A DNA stretch of 64,000 nt from Rhizocola hellebori (GTDB lineage Bacteria; Actinomycetota; Actinomycetes; Mycobacteriales; Micromonosporaceae). The stretch is taken from assembly GCF_016862955.1 (NCBI RefSeq), contig NZ_BONY01000008.1, positions 144,352 through 208,351 of the forward strand, written 5' to 3'. The notes beneath the pieces are model-generated. The model was not told where the DNA came from. It did no database searches and was given only the letters and a program-made list of their open reading frames with translations. A program made the position numbers and the translations under genes. This document shows, piece after piece, positions 35,565-44,237 of this stretch (position 1 is the first letter of the stretch; each line of letters starts with the position of its first letter).

Positions 35565-36297
35565 GCTGGGCCTGCCTCTCCTCGGGTGCGGCGTTGGTCA
35601 TGACTGCGGTTTCGGCGGGGCCGACCGGATAGCACACGGCGATCAAACCTAGCGCTGCCACCATGCCAATTGCTTGGGCGGCAACGAAACCGGCTACGCT
35701 GCCGGGGGCGATCCCGGCGTAGGTGTCGGTGAAGGCACGGCCAATGGTCACCGCCGGATTGGCGAACGACGTGCTGGAGGTGAACCAGTAGGCCGCCCCG
35801 ATGTAGGCGCCCACCGCCGCGGGGATGATTGCCGCCTTGCCGGTGCGGACCAGGCCGACGATGACCACGACAAGCCCTGTGGTGGCAACGATTTCGGCGA
35901 ACCACAGGTGGGCGCCGCTGCGGATGGTCTGTGACCAGGCGATCGCGGGCAGGTCGAACATCAGGTTGGCGATGATCGCCCCGGCGATCGCCCCGCCGGT
36001 CTGCGCCGCGACGTAGCCGCCCACGTCGGGGATGGCCAGTCCGGTGCGGGTGCGCCGGCCGAGCCACCAGTCGGCAAGGGAGACGACCGGGTTGAAGTGG
36101 GCGCCCGAGATCGGGCCGAACACGGCGATCAATACGGCCAGCCCGAAGACGGTCGCCGTGGAGTTGGCCAGCAACCGCACCGCGCCGTCGGTGGACAACG
36201 TCTGAGCCATGATGCCGGAGCCGACAACGGTGGTGACCAGCGCGGCAGTGCCGACGAACTCGGCGGCGGCGCGACGCCACAGGGCTGTCATGCGCAA
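35557..36297 (-). CDS. MIP-family aquaglyceroporin (arsenite channel, AqpS-like)
   Basis: Two NPA boxes (SGAHFNPVVSL, FANPAVTIGRAF), 6 TM. Confidence 0.9.
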   Translation of the reverse strand: MRMTALWRRAAAEFVGTAALVTTVVGSGIMAQTLSTDGAVRLLANSTATVFGLAVLIAVFGPISGAHFNPVVSLADWWLGRRTRTGLAIPDVGGYVAAQTGGAIAGAIIANLMFDLPAIAWSQTIRSGAHLWFAEIVATTGLVVVIVGLVRTGKAAIIPAAVGAYIGAAYWFTSSTSFANPAVTIGRAFTDTYAGIAPGSVAGFVAAQAIGMVAALGLIAVCYPVGPAETAVMTNAAPEERQAQHA

Positions 36298-36605
36298 TCC
36301 CGGCGCGCTTCGGCATGCTCACGCGCGGTGGCGGCCAACTCGCTCAACTGCGCGGCGGCGGTGTCGAGCATGACGTGGTTGAGGTGGTAGAAGGTGAACT
36401 TGCCCCGGTTCTCGCCGGTGATCAGCCCGGCGTGGCGCAGCACCCGCACATGGTTGGATACGTTGGGCTGCTTCAGATCCAGGTCCTCCACCAGATGACA
36501 GACACATGCCGGGCCCCGCGCGAGAACCCGGACGATCCGCGCCCGGACAGGATCGGCCAGCAGGCCGGCCACCACTGTCACATCATCTTCAGCTGATATC
36601 AGCAC
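36288..36605 (-). CDS. arsR: ArsR/SmtB-family metalloregulator
   Basis: PACVCHLVEDLDLKQPNVSNHVRVLRHAGLI is the CVC metal site + HTH. Confidence 0.9.
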   Translation of the reverse strand: MLISAEDDVTVVAGLLADPVRARIVRVLARGPACVCHLVEDLDLKQPNVSNHVRVLRHAGLITGENRGKFTFYHLNHVMLDTAAAQLSELAATAREHAEARRDCA

Positions 36606-36691
36606 GCTGTGATTTTATGGGCGGCGTTCACCCGGTTGGCAAGAGCGGCACTGCTCTGTTCACGCAACGTTCGCTTTCCCGGCGCCGCAGC

Positions 36692-37057
36692 TCACGTGCC
36701 GGCGGCGGCCGGGACAGCCAGCACCGCAGCCAGCGCTTGCATCGCTGCGGGCATCGGCCGGTACCAGACCCACGTGCCACGGCGGTCACCCTCGATCAGC
36801 CCGGCTTCCCGCAGCACCCGCAGGTGATGCGAGATGGTCGGGCCGGACACGTCGAACTGCGGGGTCAGATCGCACACGCAGGCCTCCCCACCCTGAGCGG
36901 AGGTGATCATCGACAGCAGGCGCAGCCGGATCGGGTCACCGAGCGCTTTGAACATCGGCGCGAGCGTTTCGGCCTGCCCGGCATCAAGCGCGGCCTCGGC
37001 GAGTGGTTCGCAGCAGGCGCCGGTGGAGGTGTCCAGCACCACAAGCTGTTTCGACAT
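36692..37057 (-). CDS. Second ArsR/SmtB-family regulator (N-terminal CC pair + CVCDL)
   Basis: TGACCEPLAE...GEACVCDLTPQFDVSGPTISHHLRVLREAGLI. Confidence 0.9.
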   Translation of the reverse strand: MSKQLVVLDTSTGACCEPLAEAALDAGQAETLAPMFKALGDPIRLRLLSMITSAQGGEACVCDLTPQFDVSGPTISHHLRVLREAGLIEGDRRGTWVWYRPMPAAMQALAAVLAVPAAAGT

Positions 37058-37140
37058 GCCTCTAGGTTGACAGATTTCTAAACAGGGTGCAAGCTGGCCC
37101 CGTACCGCTGATTAGATATTCATCTAGACAGGAGTGGATC
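37058..37140. promoter_or_regulatory. Divergent promoter region carrying TTGACA (37067-72), TTCTAAACAG (37076-85), TAGATATT (37113-20) and ATCTAGAC (37122-29)
   Basis: The same k-mers recur in the 39593-39650 promoter and partly at 11531; read directly. Confidence 0.4.
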
Positions 37141-37293
37141 GTGTTCACCAAACTGCTGCGCAGGCTCACCGCTACCGGGCCGACCGAGTTCTGCGACGAG
37201 TGCGCCCAGGTGTGCACCAGCGCCTGCCGCGCCGAAGCGCACTACAGCCGGATCCGCGAGCAGGCCGCCGCAAACGTTCCGTTCATCCGTTAA
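37141..37293 (+). CDS. Small 4-Cys protein (50 aa; C-x2-C-x3-C-x3-C). Putative metal-binding micro-protein.
   Basis: AGGAG-7nt-GTG; MFTKLLRRLTATGPTEFCDECAQVCTSACRAEAHYSR; it is the C-terminal part of track ORF 37087..37293. Confidence 0.45.
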   Translation: MFTKLLRRLTATGPTEFCDECAQVCTSACRAEAHYSRIREQAAANVPFIR

Positions 37294-37306
37294 CCGAGGA
37301 GAATGC

Positions 37307-37538
37307 CATGACCACTACACCAACAACGGGTGGGTTCACCGGAGACCTTGCCGACGCGTTCACCCCGCCGTCCGGCGGCGGCTGTTGCGGCAGCGCTCCC
37401 TCGACCGCCGCCCCCGCCGACGCTAGCGCCGCCAGCCCGTGCTGCGGCACGGCCGCCGACGCGCAGGCGGCGGGAAGCTGTTGCGGCGCCGCTGCCAAGG
37501 CCGAAGCGGTCGCGACCGGTCAGGGCTGCTGCGGATGA
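37307..37538 (+). CDS. Low-complexity Ala/Gly/Thr-rich protein with four evenly spaced CCG vicinal-cysteine repeats (76 aa). Metallothionein-like candidate.
   Basis: GAGGAG-6nt-ATG; GGGCCGS, SPCCGT, GSCCGA, GQGCCG; the stop overlaps the next ATG (ATGA). Confidence 0.5.
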
Positions 37539-38740
37539 GCTTGCCCATCGCGGGGCCGGAAACCACCGGCCCCGCGCATCGGATGCGCGAGATGGTCGTG
37601 CGCCTTGCGGCGGACGAGTTCGCCGGACGCCGGGTAGGCAGCGCAGGTGGGCGGGCAGCGGCCCGATGGCTGGCTGAGCAGCTCAGGAGCGTCGGCGCAC
37701 AGGTGCGCCTGGACGAGTTCACCGTCACGGGCGCGGTCAAGGAGCTCTCCGCGCCGCCGGTGCTCATCTGGCACCAGGAATTCGGTGACACCGACCTTGT
37801 CCATCGGCGCGACTTCGCCGAACACCTTGCCTCAGCACACCTGCCTACTGTCCGGAAAGGACAGCTGACTCTGGCCGGGTCTGGGAAAGAGCGGGGTGCC
37901 TGGGTAGTGGCGGAAACACTTGGCACCGCGTCACTCCCCCACCTTTTCGCCGCCGGCGCAGCTGGGCTGCTGGTGCCCAGGGGCGCCGACGACGCGGGCT
38001 GGATGCCGAAAATGATCGCCGGGCCGGCCGCTGGACCGCTACCCGTCCTGTCGGTGCGCACCGACCTGCACACGCAGCTGGCCGCGTCTGCCGAAGGCAG
38101 CGGGTCATGGGTGTCGGCGTCCGTACCCGTGAAAAGTGTTGAAGTAAATGGGATCAATGTTCATGGCGTCTTTCGCGAGCCTGAGCCTGGCGCGCTGTCA
38201 GTGTTGCTCGCCGCCCATTTCGATGGGGTGGGCGATGATGCCGGGCTGCGCCATCCGGCCGCGGCCGACAACGCCTCCGGGGTGGCCGTGATTGTTGAAG
38301 CGGCGCAACAGCTTCACCACACGCTGCCACCCGGGATGGGTCTGGCGGTGGCCTTGCTGGATGCCGAGGAGGCGGGAGCGCACGGCTCGGCTCACCATGC
38401 CCCGCAGGTGCCCGCAGGCACATTGGTGATCAACATGGATGGGGCGGCGCAATTGCACCAGGCCGCAGCAGTGGAAGCGGGCGGCCCCGCCCACGCGCTG
38501 CTGGCCGCGCTCGACCAGGCGGGCCGGCTCGCCGGTGTGCCGCTGCGAGCCCAGGCCATGCCGTCGGACAACCGGCGCTACGCGGCGGCAGGGCTGGCGG
38601 CCGTGGGGATCGGGATGGGCATGCCCGGCTACCAGACACCCGCCGAAACCGCCGACCGCGTCGAGGATTCAACCTTGCTGGCCGCCGCCGCCCTGATTAC
38701 CACCACGGTCACGATCCTGCGTGAGCATGTTAAAGTCTAA
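37535..38740 (+). CDS. M28-family zinc aminopeptidase
   Basis: AAHFDGVGDDAGLRHPAAADNASGVAV and LLDAEEAGAHGSAHH metal-ligand motifs. Confidence 0.8.
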   Translation: MSLPIAGPETTGPAHRMREMVVRLAADEFAGRRVGSAGGRAAARWLAEQLRSVGAQVRLDEFTVTGAVKELSAPPVLIWHQEFGDTDLVHRRDFAEHLASAHLPTVRKGQLTLAGSGKERGAWVVAETLGTASLPHLFAAGAAGLLVPRGADDAGWMPKMIAGPAAGPLPVLSVRTDLHTQLAASAEGSGSWVSASVPVKSVEVNGINVHGVFREPEPGALSVLLAAHFDGVGDDAGLRHPAAADNASGVAVIVEAAQQLHHTLPPGMGLAVALLDAEEAGAHGSAHHAPQVPAGTLVINMDGAAQLHQAAAVEAGGPAHALLAALDQAGRLAGVPLRAQAMPSDNRRYAAAGLAAVGIGMGMPGYQTPAETADRVEDSTLLAAAALITTTVTILREHVKV

Positions 38741-38778
38741 TCGTCTATCGCCGATTGACGATGATATTGGGGTACCGG

Positions 38779-39105
38779 ATGGAGCTACTGGATCGGGCCG
38801 CGGCGGCCGAATACGCCTCATGGTTCAAAGCCTTGGCCGACCCGTCGCGGGTGCAGCTGGTCGAGCTGCTCGCGCGCACGGGTGAGCCGATGAGCGTCGG
38901 CGAGATCGTCGGGGTCATGGGATTGGCCCAGTCGACGGTGTCGCAGCACTTGAAGATCCTGGCGGAGGTGCGGTTCGTGCTCGCCGAGCCCGACGGCAAC
39001 GCCCGCCGCTATCGCATCAACACCAACTGCATCAGCTGTTTCCCCAGTGCCGCCGACCTCGTCATGGGCAAACCAGCACCAGCCAAACCGGGGGAATCAT
39101 GCTGA
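38779..39105 (+). CDS. Third ArsR/SmtB-family regulator (C-terminal Cys residues)
   Basis: FKALADPSRVQLVELLARTGEPMSVGEIVGVMGLAQSTVSQHLKIL; C-terminal NTNCISC...ESC. Confidence 0.8.
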   Translation: MELLDRAAAAEYASWFKALADPSRVQLVELLARTGEPMSVGEIVGVMGLAQSTVSQHLKILAEVRFVLAEPDGNARRYRINTNCISCFPSAADLVMGKPAPAKPGESC

Positions 39106-39596
39106 CGATCCGCCCTATGACCGACGCCGACGGCGACGCTGTGCTCGCCATCTACCAGGCCGGAATCGACACCGGCAACGCGACCTTCGAGACGGCGGCT
39201 CCGCCGTGGCAGGAGTTCGACACCCGCCGCATGCGCGAGCACCGCTTCGTCGCCGAAGGCGGCACCGGGCAAGTTCTGGGCTGGGTCGCCTGCATCCCGT
39301 TCTCCTGGCGGCACGCCTACCGGGGTGTGGTGGAGCACGCCGTCTACATCCACCCGGAGGCCCGCGGTCAGGGCGTGGGGATTGCCTTGATGCGTCAGCT
39401 CATCGCCTCCACCGAGGCGGGTGGGATCTGGACCCTGCAGTCTGGCGTCTTCCCGGAGAACACCGCCTCCCTTGCGCTGCACCGGGCGGCCGGATTCCGG
39501 CAGATCGGCGTCCGGGAACGGGTCGGCTGCCTCGACGGCGTGTGGCGCGACGTCGTGCTCGTCGAGCGCCGCAGCACGATCGCGGGCTTGTCTTGA
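39099..39596 (+). CDS. GNAT acetyltransferase of the phosphinothricin-acetyltransferase (PAT) family. ArsN-like (arsinothricin N-acetyltransferase candidate).
   Basis: IRPMTDADGDAVLAIYQAGIDTGNATFET...VYIHPEARGQGVGIALM matches the PAT/Bar pattern; it overlaps the ArsR gene by 7 nt. Confidence 0.75.
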   Translation: MLTIRPMTDADGDAVLAIYQAGIDTGNATFETAAPPWQEFDTRRMREHRFVAEGGTGQVLGWVACIPFSWRHAYRGVVEHAVYIHPEARGQGVGIALMRQLIASTEAGGIWTLQSGVFPENTASLALHRAAGFRQIGVRERVGCLDGVWRDVVLVERRSTIAGLS

Positions 39597-39650
39597 CAAT
39601 TGTCTAACTAGACGGCAGTCTAGATATTGGTTAGAGGAACTTCTAAACAG
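39593..39650. promoter_or_regulatory. Promoter region with TTGACA, palindrome GACAATTGTC, inverted repeat CTAGAC-ggca-GTCTAG, GTCTAGAT (39618-25) and TTCTAAACAG (39641-50)
   Basis: Read directly; the motifs are shared with 37058-37140. Confidence 0.4.
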
Positions 39651-39665
39651 ACTTTAAGGGGTGCC

Positions 39666-41030
39666 ATGAGCACTAATGCCAGCACGTTGCCGGTCGCGGT
39701 CATCGGCGCGGGCCCGGTCGGCATGGCCGCCGCCGCCCAGCTCGCCACCCGCAACATGCCCTTCGTGGTTCTGGAAGCCGGCGACACCGTCGCCGCGTCT
39801 GTGGCGCAATGGGCGCACGTGCGCCTGTTCTCCCCGTGGCGGTACAACACCGACCCCGCCGCCCGCGCCCTGCTGGAAACCACCGGCTGGACAGCGCCCG
39901 ACCCGCAGCAGCTGCCCACCGGCGGCGACCTGGTCAGCCAATACCTGGCCCCGCTGGCCGCGCACCCGGCGATCGCCCCGCACATCCGTTACGGCGCAAC
40001 CGTTTCCGCGATCGCCCGGCAGGGCTTCGACAAGGTCCGCACCACCGGCCGTGAACACGCCCCGTTCCTGATCCGCCTGGCCGACGACACCGAGCTGCTG
40101 GCCCGCGCCGTCATCGACGCCTCGGGAACCTGGCGTCACCCGAATCCAGTCGGCGGCAACGGCCTTGCCGCCCACGGTGAGGCCGAAGCCCGCGCCAACG
40201 GCCGTGTCTTCGACGGCATGCCCGATGTATTGGGCGTCTTACGTCCCCACTTCGTCGGTAAGAACGTTGCCGTCATCGGCGCGGGCCACTCGGCTACGGG
40301 GACCGTGCTGGCCCTGGCCGAGCTCGCCGCGGACACGACCGTGCATTGGGTCGTGCGTGCCCCGGACCCGTCCCGGGCCTACGGCGGCGGCGCAGCCGAT
40401 GCCCTGCCCGCCCGCGGATCGATCGGAAGCGCGGTCAAAGCCCTTGTCGAGCAAGGAAAAGTGACCGTCCACACCGGATTCTTCGCGCACGAGATCACCG
40501 GCGATGCTGTCGTGTCCACCGACGGGGAGAAGGTGGCGGCGGACGTCATCGTCAATGCCACCGGCGCGCGCCCGGACCACACCGCGGCCACCGAGCTACG
40601 CCTGGACCTGGACCCGATTCTCGGCTCCACTCGCGCTCTCGCCCCGCTGATCGACCCGAACCAGCACTCCTGCGGCACCGTCCCACCCCACGGCGCCGAC
40701 GAACTCGCCCACCCCGAAGCCGGGTTCTTCATCGTCGGCGCGAAGTCCTACGGCCGCGCCCCCACCTTCCTTCTCGCCACCGGCTACGAGCAGACCCGCT
40801 CGGTCGTGGCCGCCATCGACGGTGACTGGGAAGCCGCCCGCAACGTCCAGCTGGAACTACCCGAAACCGGCGTCTGCTCCACCAACGCCGACACCGCCGA
40901 GTCCTCCTGCTGCGGCCCCACACCGGACGTCAAGCGCGGCCTGGCCACCGGTGTTCAGGGCGGCCTGATTTCCCTGCCGCTGGTCACCATTGGTGGACCG
41001 GCCAGCAGCGGCGACGGCTGCTGCAGCTGA
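39666..41030 (+). CDS. FAD/NAD(P)-binding flavin-monooxygenase-like oxidoreductase (ArsO-like) with C-terminal Cys-rich tail (CSTNADTAESSCCGPT...GDGCCS)
   Basis: Two Rossmann motifs, VAVIGAGPVGMAAA and VAVIGAGHSATG; 454 aa from MSTNAS. Confidence 0.75.
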   Translation: MSTNASTLPVAVIGAGPVGMAAAAQLATRNMPFVVLEAGDTVAASVAQWAHVRLFSPWRYNTDPAARALLETTGWTAPDPQQLPTGGDLVSQYLAPLAAHPAIAPHIRYGATVSAIARQGFDKVRTTGREHAPFLIRLADDTELLARAVIDASGTWRHPNPVGGNGLAAHGEAEARANGRVFDGMPDVLGVLRPHFVGKNVAVIGAGHSATGTVLALAELAADTTVHWVVRAPDPSRAYGGGAADALPARGSIGSAVKALVEQGKVTVHTGFFAHEITGDAVVSTDGEKVAADVIVNATGARPDHTAATELRLDLDPILGSTRALAPLIDPNQHSCGTVPPHGADELAHPEAGFFIVGAKSYGRAPTFLLATGYEQTRSVVAAIDGDWEAARNVQLELPETGVCSTNADTAESSCCGPTPDVKRGLATGVQGGLISLPLVTIGGPASSGDGCCS

Positions 41031-41031
41031 C

Positions 41032-42225
41032 GTGACAGCGATCCTCACCCCGGCCGCCACCACACCCGGTGGCGGCCCGGCCGCGCATTCACGCCGTCTC
41101 ATCGCCGTCCTTTCGGTCACCCAGACTGTCGGCTACGGCGTGCTCTCCTATGCCTTCCCCGTCCTGCTCACGCCCATCGCACATGAGCTGGGCGCCAGCA
41201 CCGCCACTGTCACCGGCGCATTCACCGCGGCGATTGTCGCCGCCGCAGCCGCCTCCATCCCGGTCGGGCGGTGGCTCGACAAGCAGGGCGGCCGCGCCCT
41301 GCTCACCTTCGGCTCAGCCACCGCGGCCGCTCTGGTCCTCGCCTGGTCGCAGGTCACCACCATCTGGCAGCTCTACGCCGTCTTCGTCCTCATCGGGCTC
41401 GCCTCGGCCACCATGCTCTACGAAGCAGCCTTCCCTGTCATCGTCGCCGCCACCCGACCGGAACGCCGCGACAACGCGCTCCTCGCGGTCACCATCGTCG
41501 CCGGATTCGCCTCCAGCATCTTCTTCCCGCTGACCGGGCTGCTGCTTGAGCGCCACGGCTGGCGTACCACCCTGGTCATCCTCGCCGTCTTGCTCGCGGC
41601 GATCACCATTCCCGCCCATCTGCTGGCCGTTCCGGGCCGCCGGCAACACCAGACCCGCACGGCGGGCGCTGGCTCAGGTGTTCGCGAAGCGTTACGAGAC
41701 AAGGCATTCTGGCTCCTGGCCGCCGCCTTCGTCGTCCACGGCGCGGCCATCTCCGCCGTCGGCGTCCTTCTGGTCACTTACCTCCTGCGCGCCGGGCACA
41801 CCGCGACCGCCGCCGCCACACTTTCCGGCCTGCTCGGCATCCTGTCCGTCACCGGCCGGCTCACCACCACCGGTCTGTCCAAACGATTCGGCATGACCGC
41901 CGTCACCGCCGCCGTCTTCGCCGCTCAAGCTTTCGGCGCGGCAGCGCTGCCATTTCTTGGCGGCACCATCGCCGGCGCCGGCGCCTGCATCGTCGCTTTC
42001 GGACTCGGCTTCGGCGTCGCCACCATCGCCAGACCCGCCATCCTCGCCGCCCGCTACGGCACGAGCCGGTACGCCACCATCGCCGGCATCATGACAATGC
42101 CCATCACTCTCGCCAAAGCCGGCGCGCCCCTCGCCGCCGCAGCCGTCGCCCCCAACACCTTCATGGCCGCCGCCGCAATCGCTTGCGGCACCAGCGCCCT
42201 ACTCCTCCTGCGCATCTCGCGATAG
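41032..42225 (+). CDS. MFS transporter (possible organoarsenical / metalloid efflux, ArsK-like by context). The start could be 40990 (TTG) or 41032 (GTG).
   Basis: 12 TM hydrophobic profile; immediately follows the FMO-like gene. Confidence 0.75.
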   Translation: MTAILTPAATTPGGGPAAHSRRLIAVLSVTQTVGYGVLSYAFPVLLTPIAHELGASTATVTGAFTAAIVAAAAASIPVGRWLDKQGGRALLTFGSATAAALVLAWSQVTTIWQLYAVFVLIGLASATMLYEAAFPVIVAATRPERRDNALLAVTIVAGFASSIFFPLTGLLLERHGWRTTLVILAVLLAAITIPAHLLAVPGRRQHQTRTAGAGSGVREALRDKAFWLLAAAFVVHGAAISAVGVLLVTYLLRAGHTATAAATLSGLLGILSVTGRLTTTGLSKRFGMTAVTAAVFAAQAFGAAALPFLGGTIAGAGACIVAFGLGFGVATIARPAILAARYGTSRYATIAGIMTMPITLAKAGAPLAAAAVAPNTFMAAAAIACGTSALLLLRISR

Positions 42226-42269
42226 GCGGCAAGACACCTCAATGCTGCATTTCTGGCCAGAGGTGGCTT

Positions 42270-43859
42270 TCAGGCTCCGGCTCTGGTCAGGGTGATGACG
42301 TTGGTGGTCGTGCTGCAACCGCCCATGGTGACGCAGCCGTTGCCGGTCTGCGTCAGAGTCAGCACCGGGTCGCTGCCCGCGATCTGGTAGGTGCCAGATC
42401 CCTGCATCGACACGCCGCTACCCGAGCCGGTGTAGGTGTAGGTGCCACCGGTGCCGCTGGCCGGGGTGTAGGAGTAGACGACATCGAAGCCGGTTCCCTT
42501 GCCTTGCAAGGTGAATGGGGCGGTGAGGTCGTTGACGGTGCCGGAGACCTTCACCTGGGTGCCCCCACTGGCGACGTACCCGCCGCGTTTGGTGTCGAAA
42601 TCGATGCTCGCCTTGGCGACACCTCTGCGCGATCTGGCCTCAAGGGCCACCGTCCCGGTCTTGTCGGGGGCGTCCGGCGCGGTGTAGGTGAAGGTCGCGT
42701 CGGCGTTCACCTTGCTGCCGTCCGGCTTGACCGAGGCGCCACCTCCGGCGAGGGTCGCCTTGACCGACCCGCCGACAGGCCCGCCGTCGATCCGGCTGCG
42801 GGGCGCCGCGTTGATCGTTGAGGTTGCGCCGGGTTTCATGCCTTTCGGCCCCGGCGAGACGGTCGGCTTGAGGCTCACGCAATTGCCTGACTGCCAGCCC
42901 TTCTCGGCCGCCAAGGCGACCGAGCTCGCCACGATCATGCTGAACAGCGAGCCGAAGCCGACAGCCGATTCCTGCATCGAGCTGTTCGCCTTGCCGCCGC
43001 TGCGGGTGAGCGTCGCGGAGCGCACCTTCGTATCGCCCATCGCACCTGAGACCTCCACGAAACCACCCTTGCTGTTCGCGAAGTCGGCAAACTGCATGCG
43101 GTATTCGGTATCGGTCGACGCCAGCTTGGCGTCATCGTCGGCCTGGCCGGTGATCGCGAGGTCCAGGGTGCCCTTCTGGCCGGTGCTGCCACCGGACTTC
43201 GTCACCGAGACATCGACTTTGGCGCTCGCCTCGAAGCGGCCGTTCGCGTCGGGACATGGGCTGATCCCGATTTTCACGATCAGTCTGGTAGTCACGCCGT
43301 GCGATTCGTGAGTGGCGTCCAGCACCATGTCGACGTGTCCGCGGGAGCCCGAGATATTCATTTCCTTGCCCAGGTCCATAGAACCTTGGCCGTCCGTGAA
43401 CTCGTTGGAGGCGGACACCGCGCGGTCGGCCCCGAGGAAGGCCACGATCGCGCCGCCGAACATGCCTTCACCGATGGTGGGATCGGCCACGTACAGCACC
43501 GGCTTTATCACCATTGGCAGGTCACCGATCGCCCGTGCCTTGCTGGTGAGTGCCTTGCCGTGGGCGTCAAAGGCCGCGTCAGCGGCCGCGGCGCCGCCCA
43601 GCGCCGACTCCAGGCCCGACTCGGTCCACAGCCCTCGCTCCAGGACGTTGTCCAGCCTGGCGAGCTCGATCTCCTGCAGCTCCTTCGATCGCGCCCGCTG
43701 GGTGTCGACCATGCGCTGCAGCGCCGGCATGTCCACGGCACCGTCAACGACGACCGGGCCCTGCTTCACCGGGTCGTCGGACTTCGAGCCGCAAGCGCTA
43801 AGCACGAGTGCCGCCACCGCGACTAGCGAAAGCGAGCGGGCGAAACCGAGGTGCGACAA
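42270..43859 (-). CDS. Large secreted lipoprotein, function unknown
   Basis: Lipobox LVLSACGS after the signal peptide; AGGAG-7nt-TTG start; Gly/Ser/Thr-rich C-terminal half. Confidence 0.65.
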   Translation of the reverse strand: MSHLGFARSLSLVAVAALVLSACGSKSDDPVKQGPVVVDGAVDMPALQRMVDTQRARSKELQEIELARLDNVLERGLWTESGLESALGGAAAADAAFDAHGKALTSKARAIGDLPMVIKPVLYVADPTIGEGMFGGAIVAFLGADRAVSASNEFTDGQGSMDLGKEMNISGSRGHVDMVLDATHESHGVTTRLIVKIGISPCPDANGRFEASAKVDVSVTKSGGSTGQKGTLDLAITGQADDDAKLASTDTEYRMQFADFANSKGGFVEVSGAMGDTKVRSATLTRSGGKANSSMQESAVGFGSLFSMIVASSVALAAEKGWQSGNCVSLKPTVSPGPKGMKPGATSTINAAPRSRIDGGPVGGSVKATLAGGGASVKPDGSKVNADATFTYTAPDAPDKTGTVALEARSRRGVAKASIDFDTKRGGYVASGGTQVKVSGTVNDLTAPFTLQGKGTGFDVVYSYTPASGTGGTYTYTGSGSGVSMQGSGTYQIAGSDPVLTLTQTGNGCVTMGGCSTTTNVITLTRAGA

Positions 43860-44237
43860 GATAGGGCTCCTTCTCACAGGTGTCCGCCGGCGGTTGTGCG
43901 CCTGTCATTGGGAGGCAGGCCCGGAGTTCCACGAACACTAGCCCCTGGCCACAAGACCCGCGATGGGCCGCATGTCCATCCCCGGCGGCACCAGTGTCGC
44001 GTTCGGACAGACATCGACGCTTCGGCAAGTATCTGATCCATAGCCTTTGATCGATGCCACTAAGGGAATTCCGTCCCCGTAACATCTATTGACATGAATT
44101 TGGAATCAATCCATTCTTGACTGGAAAGTCATCCCCGATCCGCATTTGGCGCCCTGCGGAACGGATGGGACATGCAGTCAGATGGGCAGCGTCGCCCCTT
44201 ACCTCACGCGTGACTATCCACATGAGAGTTCAAGAGG

